Source: Chiloscyllium plagiosum (taxonomy: Eukaryota). Taken from it: DNA of 64,000 nt. Shown one piece after another: positions 25,601-38,521 of the stretch; the first letter of the stretch is position 1, and every line of letters starts with the position of its first letter. A program made the translations under genes and the position numbers. The stretch lies in contig NC_057752.1 in NCBI RefSeq assembly GCF_004010195.1, positions 6,628,811-6,692,810 of the forward strand, read 5' to 3'. The notes under the pieces were generated by a model. The model did no database searches. It was given only the letters and a program-made list of their open reading frames with translations, and was not told the origin of the DNA.

Positions 25601-26589
25601 CGAGGTGGAGGAGATTTGTTGTGGGGCTGCCCTCTTGACAGTGGGAAGATACAAATCCTACTGGGGCCTGACAAAAAAAAAGAATAAGTAGTGAAATAGG
25701 GGTAGAAGTTCAGCCACACTCAGTCCTGGGAATGGAAGAGCAGCATGGCAATGGACAGTGATTCTTTCTTGGTTATTGGGATCCAGAGATTTCTGCATCA
25801 TCATAGGAATGGTTCAAGATCTAGGGCAAAGATCATCTCGTAGGAGGTGAGTAAACAAATGTCAGGCACCCCACCACCTGTCTTGGCTCTCTCCATTCTA
25901 TTGTGATTAGTTCTTCTGAAGTGAGACAAAGGGAGGGATTGAGTGACATGAGAGTGCCTGGCAGTGCTGCTAGTGCTGAAAGTGGTGGAAAAATAGTGAG
26001 GTGTGCCAAGGTGCAGATGCTACGCAGGGTCAATAGTGTGGGGAGATTGAGGTGGGTGCGAGGGAGTGAGGGAAAATGTTGCATGTAGTAGTGTGAGCAG
26101 TTGACCATGAGCCTTGATGGAAGGCAGATGCAGCAGCAGAGTCAGTGAATGGGAGGTAACAATCTGTGAGCAAAAAGGTCATTGCTGAGCACTTCTCAGA
26201 TGGCAACCACTGACCATTCTGGAGGGTTTCCTTCTGCATTCCATCCACCAGCACCTCCAAGTCCCTGTTTATAAAACGTGAAGCTCACTTGACTCTGTCC
26301 ACCATCTCTGGGGAAAATCTTCTGATGAAGGAGCAATGTAGCTCCAGACTGTCATCTTGACCTGATGCACAACTACATTTTAAATATGATGTCCTGGCAG
26401 TGATGAGTACTTTTGCCTTTGGTAAGAGGAAAAATACAATGAGCAAGCAACCATAGAGGTGTCCGCATAAGTACTGAGGGGAGTTCCAGACATTAATGAG
26501 AAAAAAACCTGCAGGAGCCCGCAGAAAGGAGCCCTCCGGAAACTCTCCAAAATTGAACCCAGACTATTTCTGGTAAAATAAAATTCACC
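22692..26589 (-). mobile_element. Probable decayed PIF/Harbinger-like element (Myb/SANT-like ORF remnant)
   Basis: GC-richer 3.9-kb block. Degenerate inverted ends gagcagaatcttcccag / ctggtaaaat(aaaat)tcacc. Minus 26305-26220 reads MVDRVK*ASRFINRDLEVLVDGMQKETL, resembling the N-terminus of Harbinger-associated Myb/SANT proteins. Nuclease ORF not convincingly recovered. Confidence 0.45.
25198..25300 (+). mobile_element. Short PLE pLTR fragment with mutated hammerhead
   Basis: gcctttattcCTGATGAagggcttttgcccGCAAcatcgattt..ctgcctgacctgct. Confidence 0.85.
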
Positions 26590-26984
26590 ACCTAGTGCTT
26601 TCTTCCTCCCTTTTCAGCTCAGGCTTGGAGGGCCGAAGGGCCTGTTCCTGGGCTATAAATTTTCTTTGTTCTTTTCCTTGGTCTGTTTCTGTGGTGGTAA
26701 CATCTTTGGTTGGATAAGCAACTTGCTTCGAAATCAATGCAATTACGTATCTAAGACAAGCCACCAAGCTGCTCATCAGAGTGACTCTGAGTGTTTTGCT
26801 TTTAAAGTGAGTGACCAGTATATTTTGAAACTGAAAATGAGGAGTGAAAGTAAGCCCAGAAGTCCTGCTTAACTGATGTGAAACATTTTAAAAGCCTGTA
26901 AACTGCAGGAGAGAAGCTGGACATGAGAGAAGGTCGTTTCTTACATCCTATCCAAGTACACAGTTAACACTTGAAAGTTTTTTT

Positions 26985-27212
26985 AAATTCCTTTACAGAA
27001 CATGGGCAACGCTGGCTAAGTCAATGTTTATTGCCCAGAGGGGGAGTAAAGATTTAACCACATTGCTCTAGGTCTGGAGTCACATGTAGGCCAGACCAGG
27101 CGAGGATGGCAGATTTCCTTCCCTAAAGGACATTAGTGATCCTTTATGGCTTTTTTCCACAATCAGCAATTATTTCATGGTCATCATTAGACTCTTAATT
27201 CCAGATATTTTT
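26985..27212 (-). mobile_element. Unclassified SINE-like repeat 3' portion (related fragment at about 57340-57430)
   Basis: Reverse strand gggaaggaaatctgccatcct..ctacatgtgactccagac..gggcaataaa..ccagcgttgcccat; a similar 3' end recurs near 57345-57410. Confidence 0.5.
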
Positions 27213-28266
27213 TTGTCGGAACATTAGGTTTGGCCTTATGAAGAAGCAGGTGGAATAACTATGAAAAGGAGAAACTAACTTGACCTGTGGTGAAGTCCTG
27301 GTTTCTCACACTCATGGTAACAGGTAGTGAAAATTGGTAGAATGCATGCAGCATCAACATACTTATCCTTGTTGTAAGTTGATTGCAACTTTAGGTTTTA
27401 TTTATTTTGAACACACTGTTTTGCTCTAATAGGATCTTCCAATCGTTTGGTGGAGAGGTTTCCTTCCTTCACTGAAAGAATTGTATTCTCTTGCTGTTAT
27501 GTCCCAGATGGCGGAGAGTTGAAACTCAGAGTTTGTAACTCTGTGATTCTCTTTGAGGTCTGTAACTGGCCTTGAGGTACAATGTGGCTTGGGGATTTTG
27601 CGAAAGTGTCTTTGTTCTGTGCAGTTTGAAAGCAACAAGAAGCTTTTTGCAAGGTAGTAGTTGCAAGTGCAAATCTGCATTTTTGTTTTCTACAATGTGC
27701 ACCAAGAGCAGACTCCACTTTAAACAGTTTTAGGAAATTCCACCTTGCATATTTGAGAGGCATTTAAGTTGGTATAGGTTTCCATAAATGATAGCACTGC
27801 TTCTATAGCCTAGGAAATTAACTTGAGTGTCCTACTCCCTTGCTTGTACAATAATCTTGGAATGAATGCACGTGAACAACTTGATGAATGGAAGCAGATA
27901 CAAGTATTGGTGTAATGACTCCAAAAACTTCAGACATTAAGTCTATAACCATTTTGAATGTAGTGTTCTGTTTACTTTGGTGTGTTTCAGAAGCATGTTA
28001 ATAAACTGGTTTGACCTCAATTGGAGTATAGTGTCCAGTTTTGTGTATCACAATTTATTAAGAAAGTTTGGGCATTTGAGTGTGTGGAAAAAAATTCAGG
28101 AAAATGGTTTCAGTGATGATGGACTTCATTTATGTAGAAACATTAGAGAAGCTGTGGTTGAGAGGTGATTTGAGAGAGATATTTAATTTGAAAGGTCTAG
28201 ACAGAGCAGAGTGGAACTGATGTATTTAAACCACTGTTCAAAAATGACTTTCAGACCCTTTTTTTT

Positions 28267-29060
28267 TAAAATAAAAAGCTGGTCAGACTGGTTCTATTTC
28301 CAAAGTGGAATTTACAAAATATTGCATGGATTGACTGCATGCAGGTTGTGTGCATTTTTTTGAGCCAAATAGAATGTATCTGCAAATATACTTCTGCAAA
28401 TACAAATTCACCCCATAGGCTTATGTGTTTGCACGTACGAGAGAGAGAGAGAGAATATGATTGTGAGTGCATGTGAGAGAGTGCGTGCAAGCTTGGTAAA
28501 GTGTGTGTGTGAATGTGATGGATTATAAGTGTGTGTGTGTGTGTGTGTGTAAAAGATTGAGCCTGGCGCTGTGAGGCAGTAGAGCGACTCACTGAGCCAC
28601 CATGTATGCGTGGGGCTTGTCTGTAGGGGATGGCTGTTTTAATATGTTTAGGTGGAAGCTAGAATGGATGAATGGACATTGTGCTACAATCACCAGACAG
28701 GGTGTTCCCTCCCAGTAGGGGAACACTTCAGTCAGGGACATTCGGCCTTGGACCTTCAGGTGATCATCCTCCAAGACAGATTTCGGGACAGGCAACAACG
28801 CAAAGTGGCCGAGCAGAGACTGATAACCAAGTTCGGTACCCATGGAATGGCCTCAATTGGGACCGTGGGTTCATGTCACACTACAGGTGACCCCCATTGT
28901 TCTACACACACTCACGCAGACCGTCTCTCATACACACGCTTTCTGCCATATACACACACATCCCCACAGTCTCTCTCATGCGCACACCCTTTCACAGGTT
29001 TATACTCCGCACACATGCAAATACACACTCTCATGCACTCGCACTCCTGCACTCTCACTC
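28267..29060. mobile_element. Rearranged PLE remnant (minus pLTR and RT piece joined to a plus GIY-YIG piece)
   Basis: 28330-28420 matches pLTR 7810-7870; 28600-28660 minus reads HIKTAIPYRQ; plus ORF 28652 SLPVGEHFS..DLQVIILQ..RQQRKVAEQRLITKFGTH matches the 7774-8070 ORF. Confidence 0.85.
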
Positions 29061-29264
29061 AATCGCTCACATGCGCGCTCTTCTCTCTCCTCTCTCTCTT
29101 TGTGTCTCTGTCACTGTCTCTCTTTTTCCACCCCCCCCCCCACCGTCTGTCTGTCTCTCTCTCTCCTCCACCTCCTCCACCCTGCCTGCCTCTCGCGCCC
29201 TCACGCTCTCTCGTCCCCCTCTCACTGGAAACTCTCCAGCCGCCTCTCAGCTTTTCTCCCGATT

Positions 29265-29485
29265 ATGTGTTGACTGGATGGCTGGTTTGCAATGGAGTGT
29301 AATGCCACCAGTGTGGGTTTAATTCCTGCACTGGCTGAGGTTACCATGAAGGATGCTCCTCCTTAACCTCTCCCCTCACCTGAGGAATGGTGACCTTCGG
29401 GTGAAACCATCACTAGTTGTCCCTTTCTCGAACAAGGGAGCAGCTTTATAGTCCTCCTGGGACTACGGTGACTACCGTCACTTGT
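29265..29485 (+). mobile_element. tRNA-headed SINE-like element (unclassified)
   Basis: B-box-like ggtttaattcc at about 29316, followed by a cctgaggaatggtgaccttcggg hairpin and a short 3' end; about 220 bp. Confidence 0.45.
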
Positions 29486-30127
29486 ATTCATGCCTTATCT
29501 CTGTTTGTGCATCTGACTTTGTTGTTTGTGAAGAGGGAATTGAAGGAATAGTTTAAGCTGCAGAGATGATAGAAATTAGTAATTCATGTTTTCTAATCGC
29601 CATTGGTTAAAGATTGTTTGTCTATAATGAAGTTATTTTCTTGCAAAGTGCAGAAACTAGGGAGTGTTTTCCTTTACTCTGAGTTTGTCAGTCAGGTAAA
29701 TCGGGAACTTCAGATAGTTTGACTAAATCTTTTCACATTTGTGGTGACTCCAGGAATAGTGAGGCTTGACTTTCAGTGTGTGTTGTCTTGAAAACTGCAT
29801 TGTGAAACCTTTCTTTCAAATACCATATTGTGGTGAATGTAGAAGATTTCTAAACATATGCAACTCAGGAGTCGGTTGGAACCAGCCAGCGTATCCTCAA
29901 CTGATCACGTTTCAGAAAGTGAGTGAATTTGTCTGTTTTCCATCACCACTTCTATCCAGTGAAATACTGGTTTTCTTGCAGGAGCGAGAAGAAGAATTGT
30001 TTTAACATACCATTGAAGTTAAACTTTTTCAACGGTTTGTATTGATGAGACTGGGTTAGTTTTAGCAAGCAAGAAAGTTTTCTTGATTTTGTGATCAGTA
30101 CTGACCCAAATTTAAATTGAATACACA

Positions 30128-32888
30128 CGGCATAGTAATTACAGAGACGTGTCTCAGGGATGGACAGGACTGGCAGCTTAATGTTCTGGGATACGAATGC
30201 TATAGGAAGGATAGACTGGGACGCAAAAGAGGAGGGGGAGTGGCGTTTTTGATAAGGAATAGCATTACAGCTGTACTTGGGGAGGATAATCCTAGGAATG
30301 CATCCAGGGAAGTTATTTGGGTGGAACTGAGAAATAAGAAAGGGATGATCACCTTATTGGGATTGTATTAGAAAACATCCTAATAGTTGGCAGGAAATTG
30401 AGAAACAAATTTGTAAGGAGATTTCAGTTATCTGCAAGAATAATAGGAGGGTTATGGTAGGGGATTTTAACTTACCAAACATCGTCTGGGTCTGCCATAG
30501 TGTTAAAGGTTTAAATAAAGAGGAATTTAAGTGCGTACAAGAAAATTTTCTGATTCAGTATGTCGACGTACCAACTAGAGAAGGTGCAAAACTTGACCTA
30601 CTCTTGGGAAATGAGGCAGGGCAGGTGACTGAGGTGTCAGTGGGGGAGCACTTTGGGGCCAGTGACCATAATTCTATTAGTTTTAAAATAGTGATGGGAA
30701 AAGACAGACCAGATCTAAAAGCTAAAGTTCTAAATTGGAGGAAGGTGAGTTTTGACGGTATTAGGCAAGAACTTTCAAAAGCTGATTGAGGGCAGATGTT
30801 CGCAGGTAAAGGGATGGCTGGAAAATGGGAAGCCTTCAGAAATGAGATAATGAGAGTCCAGAGAAAAAATATTCCTGGTAGAGCGAAAGGCGAGGCTGGT
30901 AGGTCTTGGGAATGCTGGATGGCGAGAGACATTGAAATTTTGGTCAAGAAAAAGGAGGAAACATATCTCAGGTATAGAGAGAGGAGAATGACTGAATCCT
31001 TAGAATATAAAGGCAATAGGAGTATACTCAAAATGGAAATCAGGAGGGCAAAAAGGGGACATGAGATAGCTTTGACAAGTAGAGTTATGGAGAATCCAAA
31101 GGATTTTTATAAAAACATTAAGGACAAAAGGGTAACTAGGGAGAGAATAGGGCCCCTCAAAGATCAGCAAGGCAGCCTATGTGTGGAACTGCAAGAGATG
31201 GGAGAGATACTAAATGAGTATTTTGCATCAGTGTTTACTGTGAAGAAGGACATGGAAGATATAGGATGTGGGGAAATAGATGTGACATCCTGAAAAATGT
31301 CCATATTACAGAGGAGGTGGTGCTGGATGTCTTAAAGTGGATAAATCCCCAGCACCTGATCAGGTGTACCCTCGACCTCTGTAGGATGCTAAGGAAATGA
31401 TGGCTGGGCCCCTTGCTGAGGTATTTGTATCATTGATAGTCAGAGGTGAGGTGTTGGAAGACTGGAGGGTGGCTAACATGGTGCCACTATTTTAGAAAGG
31501 TGGTAAGGAAAAACCCGTAAACTATAGACCGGTGTGAGCCTGACATTGGTGATGGGCAAGTTGTTGGATGGAATCCTGAGGGACAGGATTTACACGTATT
31601 TGGAAAGGCAAGGACTGATTAGGAATAGTCCAATATGGCTTTGTGCGTGTTTGAGTTTTTTGAAGAAGTAACAAAGAGGATTGATGAGGGCAGAGGGGTA
31701 GACACGATCTATATGGACTTCAGTAAGGTGTTTGACAAGGTTCCTCATGGGAGACTGGTTAGCAAGGTTAGATCTCATGGAATACAGGGAGAACTAGCCA
31801 TTTGCATACAGAACTGGCTCAAAGCTAGAAGACCGAGGGTGGTGGTGGAGAGTTGCTTTCAGACTGCAGGCCTGTGACTAGTAGAGTGCCACAAGGATCG
31901 GTGCTAGGTGTACTGCTTTTTTGTCATTTACATAAATGATTTGGATGTGAACATAGGAGGGAAAGTTAGTCAGTTTGCAAATGACACCAACTTTAGAAGT
32001 GTAGTGGACAGCGAAGGTGGTTACCTCAGCACAACGTGATCTTGATCAGATGGGCCAATGGGCTGAGGAGTGGCAGATGGAGTTTAATTCAGATAAATGT
32101 GAGGTGCTGCATTTTTGGAAAAGCAAATCTTAGCGGGACTTATACACTTAATGGTAAGGTCCTGGGGAATGTTGCTGAACAAAGAGACCTTGCATTGCAG
32201 CTTCATAGCTCCTTGAAAGTGGAGTCACCGGTAGATAGGATAGTGAAGAAGGCATTTGGTATGCTTTCCTTTATTGGTCAGAGTATTGAGTACAGGAGTT
32301 GGGAGGTCATGTTGCGGCTGTACAGGACATTGGTTAGGCCACTTTTGGAGTATTGCATGCAATTCTGCTCTTCTTCCTATCGGAAGGATGTTGTGAAACT
32401 TGAAAGAGTTCAGAAAAGATTTACGAGGATGTTGCCAGGGTTGGAGGATTTGAACTATAGGGAGAGGCTGAATAGGTTGGGGCTGTTTTCTCTGGAGCAT
32501 CAGAGGCTGAGGGGTGACTTGATGGAGGTTTATAAAATCTGAAGGGCATGGATAGGAGAAATAGACAAAGTCTTTTCCCTGGGATGGGTGAGTCCAGAAC
32601 TAGAGGGCATAGGTTTTGGGTGAGAGGGGAAAGATATTAAAAGGGACATAAGGGGCAACTTTTTCACACACAGGGTGGTGCATGTATGGAATGAGCTTCC
32701 AGAGGAAGTGATGGAGGCAAGTACAATTGCAACATTTAAAAGGCATCTGGTTGGATGTATGAATAGGAAAGGTTTAGAGGGATATGGGCCAAGTGCTGGC
32801 AAATGGGACTAGATTAGGTTAGGATATCTGGTTGGCATGGATGAGTTGGATCAAAGGGTCTGTTTCAGTGCTGTACATCTGACTCTAT
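30128..32888 (+). mobile_element. 5'-truncated CR1 ORF2 (APE + RT), same family as 6177-15176 and 3828-5660
   Basis: VITETCL, MVGDFNLPNI, YMDFSKVFDKVPH, LVRPLLEYCMQF; CR1 3' tail; multiple frameshifts. Confidence 0.95.
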
Positions 32889-34182
32889 CCCATGAAAGTG
32901 TATCATAGAATTCTAGTGCATCAGTACTTTGTTTTATTCTTATTAAATATGACTATCATCAAAAACCATGTCAGTCATACAAGTGCGCTAGTAAGTAGGG
33001 GGATGTTGGCTTTAGTAATTGTTGGACTGTAATCCAACACCAGATCAAATTTAATATGTTTCTGGTTGCAGTCTGAACAGTTTGTTTCGACCCTTTTACT
33101 ATTTGGCAATGTACTAATAATACAGCTGTTTATTTGGAGGGGCTGGAGCAAAATGAATTCAACCAATTTATCCACATTGTTTAATCCACTTGGAGATATT
33201 TAAGGGGATGATGGAGATCTGACATTTATTCTAACATTGAAATGTTAAATTTCATTTTTAACACAATGATTAGGCTGTCTTCCACCATTCAAATTATATT
33301 TAGTATAAAATCCAAACCTGCAGCTTTATTAAATGTCTTGTGATAATGTCAGTGTGTTTTTGTCAGTTTCTGCTTTGCACTTTATTTTCAGTGTTTTTAG
33401 GTTGCAAGTGCTTGCTTTGTTCTGAATTGTTCCATTACAGACTATGTGATACAATAGCTGGGAACAAGCATGTCGACCTGATGTGTTTTTTAAGGTATCA
33501 AATCCTCCAAATGTTGAAGTCTGTTTTATGTATGTACTCTGTCTTAGTAATGGTGTGCAATGGATTTTCCAAGACTTTATGGAGATTGGTGTGATTTGAA
33601 AGTGGTGTTGCAAACTAACAGCTCCCCTAGTAAGCAGGAATAACCTAGAATTTAATTTTTTAAAACCAATAGTTCAGTTCAACTAATTAGAATTTAGTTC
33701 ATTACAAAGATGTTCTACTTAACTGGACACTGTAACAGTCTTTCCAGTTAATGTGAAAGGCACCTTTTGTAGCCTGTTTAAAATTGGAAGATTAGAATAG
33801 TTTATACCGACTTGCCAATAGAAAAACTTTACTCAAAAACTTCTGAGTAGTTGGTTATGGCTTTGCAAAAACCATTTTATTATGTGCCATATTACAGGAA
33901 ATTCAAAAGCTTAAGAAAAGACCACAAATTCCATAAAATATTCAACAAAACCTTGATGTCTAGAAGAGGATTTCTGGCAATAATTCATTGTACAGGGATA
34001 TCGTACAAATTCACTCTGGAGCTAGTTGTTTTGAGTTGTACTCGTGCTAAACATTTAGGGTTGGTTGAAGTGCAATCAGCACCTGATCTGACTCTCCAGT
34101 GAAGTAAAGTGAAAGACTGCTAATGAATCTCATCGTTTTGCTCTGCAGTTGAATCTTCCTTCTGCATTCATGCTGCATTTAA

Positions 34183-34322
34183 ACTGGATAAGCAGTCTGA
34201 TAATTTAGCAACAGTGGAGTCATCAAGAAAGATGGTAGTGAGGTAGTGCAGGGTGTCATCAATATGCATATGAAAACATCACCGGTGTTTTCAGATGATG
34301 TTGCCATGCAAAGCATGTACAA
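34183..34322 (-). mobile_element. L2-clade LINE RT fragment
   Basis: Minus translation FHMHIDDTLHYLTTIFLDDSTVAKLSDCLSS resembles the L2 motif FHxYADDTQLY. Confidence 0.6.
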
Positions 34323-34910
34323 AACATTTTCTAAAATTTTAGCTTTGAGGAATTCCAATCCAAGTAATACCTTTCCTTGGCAAGCATGCCATGTGTTTAT
34401 CTACATTCTTATGTGCTGGATATACAAAAATATTTGTTCGCTTCTTGCATCTCTTGTAATGAAAACTTAATTCAATCTTTGGAATCTAAAGAAAATTGTG
34501 TTGTTTTGCAGATGACAACTGAAAAGTTCAAAGGGAATTTGGTCAAGGATTGAACAGCCTGACTGATAAGCAGCCACCATTAATGCATTGACTGGATAAA
34601 CTGATTATCCTGATATACAAGTTTATCACTGGATTCATTTTCTGAAATGAAGCTTATGCTTTGTTTTAAGAGTTTGTAAATACCAGATCTTGGTAACATT
34701 TGAATTTCAATGAAGCATATATTGATAGAATCACCAGTATTTACGGTTATTGGGTTATAACTGTGCCTGGAAGAGCACAGCAGTTCAGGCAGCATCCAAG
34801 GAGCTTCGAAATCGACGTTTCAGGCAAAAGCCCTTGATCAGGAATAAAGGCAGTGAGCCTGAAGCGTGGAGAGATAAGCTAGAGGAGGGTGGGGGTGGGG
34901 GAAAGTAGCA

Positions 34911-35772
34911 NNNNNNNNNNNNNNNNNNNNNNNNNNNNNNNNNNNNNNNNNNNNNNNNNNNNNNNNNNNNNNNNNNNNNNNNNNNNNNNNNNNNNNNNNN
35001 NNNNNNNNNNNNNNNNNNNNNNNNNNNNNNNNNNNNNNNNNNNNNNNNNNNNNNNNNNNNNNNNNNNNNNNNNNNNNNNNNNNNNNNNNNNNNNNNNNNN
35101 NNNNNNNNNNNNNNNNNNNNNNNNNNNNNNNNNNNNNNNNNNNNNNNNNNNNNNNNNNNNNNNNNNNNNNNNNNNNNNNNNNNNNNNNNNNNNNNNNNNN
35201 NNNNNNNNNNNNNNNNNNNNNNNNNNNNNNNNNNNNNNNNNNNNNNNNNNNNNNNNNNNNNNNNNNNNNNNNNNNNNNNNNNNNNNNNNNNNNNNNNNNN
35301 NNNNNNNNNNNNNNNNNNNNNNNNNNNNNNNNNNNNNNNNNNNNNNNNNNNNNNNNNNNNNNNNNNNNNNNNNNNNNNNNNNNNNNNNNNNNNNNNNNNN
35401 NNNNNNNNNNNNNNNNNNNNNNNNNNNNNNNNNNNNNNNNNNNNNNNNNNNNNNNNNNNNNNNNNNNNNNNNNNNNNNNNNNNNNNNNNNNNNNNNNNNN
35501 NNNNNNNNNNNNNNNNNNNNNNNNNNNNNNNNNNNNNNNNNNNNNNNNNNNNNNNNNNNNNNNNNNNNNNNNNNNNNNNNNNNNNNNNNNNNNNNNNNNN
35601 NNNNNNNNNNNNNNNNNNNNNNNNNNNNNNNNNNNNNNNNNNNNNNNNNNNNNNNNNNNNNNNNNNNNNNNNNNNNNNNNNNNNNNNNNNNNNNNNNNNN
35701 NNNNNNNNNNNNNNNNNNNNNNNNNNNNNNNNNNNNNNNNNNNNNNNNNNNNNNNNNNNNNNNNNNNNNNNN
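34911..35772. other. Assembly gap (862 N)
   Basis: Run of N. Confidence 1.
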
Positions 35773-36072
35773 ACCATAAGACATAGGAGTGTAAGTAAGG
35801 CCATTCGGCTCATCGAGTCCACTCCGCCATTCAATCATGGCTGATGCGCATTTCAGCTCCACTTACCAGCATTCTCCCCGTAGCCCTTAATTCCTCTAGA
35901 CAACAAGAACCTATCAATCTCGGCCTTGAAGACATTTAGCGTCCCGGCTTCCACTGCACTCCGTGGCAATGAATCCACTCCACCCTCTCCTCCCTGACCG
36001 ATCACCTTCATCCCCTCCCCCACTCACCCACAGTACTCTATGCTACTTTCTCCCCACTCCCACCCTCCTCTA

Positions 36073-36383
36073 GATTAGATTACTTACAGTGTGGAAACAG
36101 GCCCTTCGGCCCAACAAGTCCACACCGCCCCGCGGAAGCGCAACCCACCCATACCCCTACATTTACCCCTTACCTAACACTATGGGCAATTTAGCATGGC
36201 CAATTCACCTAACCTGCACATCTTTGGACTGTGAAGGGAAACCGGAGAACCCGGAGGAAACCCACACAGACACGGGGAGAATGTGCAAACTCCACACAGT
36301 CAGTCGCCTGAGGCGGGAATTGAACCCGGGTCTCTGGCGCTGTGAGGCAGCAGTGCTAACCACTGTGCCACCGTGCCGCCCAC
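36073..36383 (-). mobile_element. HE1-type V-SINE, young full-length copy
   Basis: Reverse strand gggcggcacggtggcacagtggttagcac (A box) .. gggttcaattccc (B box) .. ttgggccgaagggcctgtttccacactgtaagtaatctaatc; splits the pLTR at ctcctctag|cttatc. Confidence 0.93.
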
Positions 36384-36423
36384 TAATCTAGCTTATCTCT
36401 CCACGCTTCAGGCTCACTGCCTT

Positions 36424-36461
36424 TATTCCTGATGAAGGGCTTTTGCCCGAAACGTCGATTT
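36424..36461 (+). ncRNA. Minimal type I hammerhead ribozyme motif, intact core
   Basis: tattc-CTGATGA-aGGGC-tttt-GCCC-GAAA-cGTC-gattt: perfect stem II, GUC cleavage triplet, palindromic ACGU at stem III, weak stem I. Confidence 0.75.
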
Positions 36462-37244
36462 CGAAGCTCCTTGGATGCTGCCTGAACTGCTGTGCTCTTC
36501 CAGCACCACTAATCCAGAATCTGGTTTCCAGCATCTGCAGTCATTGTTTTTACCTTATAACTGTGCCTGCCTCACTATGGCACCAGTCCAACATATTCTG
36601 CTTAGTTTCTGGGAAGTGACTCTGAATTCCCAGAGAGATGTGATTTTAACCCTTCAGTCTGTTTGTAATGTAGGCCATATTTAGCTGGTACCTCTATTGT
36701 ATCATATTTATGTGATCAATAAGGCCTGTTTGTCTGTAAATGAGCTGCATCGAGATGGGGAAGGACACTGACAAGTATTTAGAGTACAATACTTGATTGA
36801 ATTGGAGTGAGGGAATAAGTAGATTTTTGAGTAAGGTAACTCCACTGTATTGATCAAAGTGGGAAAGTCAAAAGTGAAGCACCGTATTTAAAAGTCCCAG
36901 TAATAACTGGAACTTGTAAATTGACACCTGCTGGAAAGTTTTGCCTTTTGGGATGAATAAAATTGCGATTTAAAAAATTAGATTAAGCTCAACTTTAAAG
37001 TGGAGGTGCTCACTGCTTAAATTTGTACTGTGCCTTTTACTGTGCTACTTTTGGATTTCAGAAGGAATTTTTGTTCTTAATTTTGTAAAAAGAATTTTAG
37101 TAAATATCTCCTATGAAGTTGAATATAAAATGAGCACTATGTTTCTGAAAAGTATCTTTTTCAGTAAGACTATCTCATGAGAAATTTTAAGTCAAGACTA
37201 CATCAGCCTCTTCCATTAGTACAAAATATGCCAAGATTCAACCT

Positions 37245-37355
37245 GGCAAAGAACAGGGGAGCTCTGTATCCTGGACAATCTTTATCCCTTAACCGACTCC
37301 ACAAAAACTGCTTATCTTGTGATTTTTCAAATTTGCTGTTTTTGGGATCTTGCTG
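37245..37355 (+). mobile_element. Deu-domain SINE fragment
   Basis: gaacaggggagctc..tcctggacaatctttatcccttaacc..ttgctgtttttgggatcttgctg resembles the better copy at 60213-60470. Confidence 0.5.
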
Positions 37356-37938
37356 ATCAACTCTATTTTCTTTTGTTAGATGGTCTCAGAAGGGTTTAAT
37401 TGACTAATAATTCTTAATTGAATTTTTTTGCAATTTCAATGTACTGTGTTTTGGTGAAATATTATGTAAACCTATGTTTTAGTTTTGTATGGGGGGAGGA
37501 GTTTTTGAGTTGCATTTTCCTTGTTACTGCACAATTATCCGTTTGACTAAAACTTCCAAGATTCTGGGTATTACAATTTTGGAAAAATGTCAAGGTTTTG
37601 CAGACAGGATTTACTGAAATGGTATCATGCATGAGGCATTTCGATCAGATGAGGAAGCTAGGTTCTCCTTGGAGCAGAAAAAGTTTGAGGAGAGATTGAA
37701 AGGTGGTGTTCAAAATTGTGAAAGATTTTGCTGAAGTATAAAAAGATAAACTTTTCACTGGCTGGAGGATGGCTCAGCAGAGGGCTCAGATTTAATATAA
37801 TTGTTGAAATAACTAGAAGGAAGATTTAAAATATTTACCTCCGGAAACGATGAATTGGAATGCTTTAATTAAAAATGAGAGATTTTTCAGTAGTAACTTT
37901 CAAAATGAAATTGGATGAACACTTAAATGGGAAGCATT

Positions 37939-38490
37939 TGTGGACCAGGCCAGACCCCCTCAAAATATTCTAAGAAGGTAGCCCAGACCCGAACTTTTTT
38001 TTTATTGTAAAGGCAGGAGTGATGCAGCTGGTCAAATCACTCTGCTTTAAGCAAACAGAATTTATTTAAACACTACAGTTGAAACACTAACAAAAGAAAA
38101 CTGAATTTACAATAACTTAACTATTTGAAAACCCAACCGACTTGATATAACAACTTAACTAATGAACTGTTCCAATTCCTGCAACATCCCATAAACACAC
38201 CCCTTGGCAAAAGGTGAATTCAAACACGGGTTCTTACAGGCAGGAGAGATTTCGGAGAGAAAGCCAGTTAGGAACTATCTGATGAAGCTTGGAATCTTTC
38301 TTCACTGCAGCAGCTTCTGTCTGCTAAAACTAAAACTAAAATTAAACCAAACTAGAAAAAGCCTGAACTGGGAGAACTGGCCACTCCCCTATGATTGTTC
38401 AGGTAGACAATTTTGCACCTCTGCCTTTACCATCTCTATTGGGAACTAAAAGAGACAAAATAGCCTTGTTAAAGTGACAGCTGTGTCATA
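37939..38490. mobile_element. Possible solo LTR
   Basis: About 550-bp block from TGTGG.. to ..TGTCAT(A) interrupting a CR1 3' remnant; contains tttatt (poly-A signal on the minus strand); no TSD seen. Confidence 0.35.
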
Positions 38491-38521
38491 CCGTGAAAAA
38501 AGCAGGTGGAAATGCACCTAA

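Larger units (their letters stand above)
34767..36554. mobile_element. PLE insertion bounded by inverted pLTRs, with a nested SINE and CR1 3' piece; spans a gap
   Basis: 34767-34910 is the reverse complement of 36041-36072 + 36392-36503. The right copy has an extra tail of about 50 nt. TSD TTATAACTGTGC(CTG) at 34755 and 36555. Confidence 0.88.

Noticed and set aside
27426..27763. Overlapping minus ORFs and a plus acceptor near 27432
   Set aside because: No recognisable protein; plus frames close with stops; no clear donor.
28842..29322. Overlapping His/Thr/Ser/Leu-rich ORFs
   Set aside because: Translations of (CA)n/(CT)n low-complexity sequence in a PLE 3' region.
34785..35862. Long ORFs of 296-349 aa
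   Set aside because: Artefacts of translating through the N gap.
36300..36383. tRNA-like A/B boxes
   Set aside because: Head of an HE1 SINE, not a tRNA gene; no complete cloverleaf.
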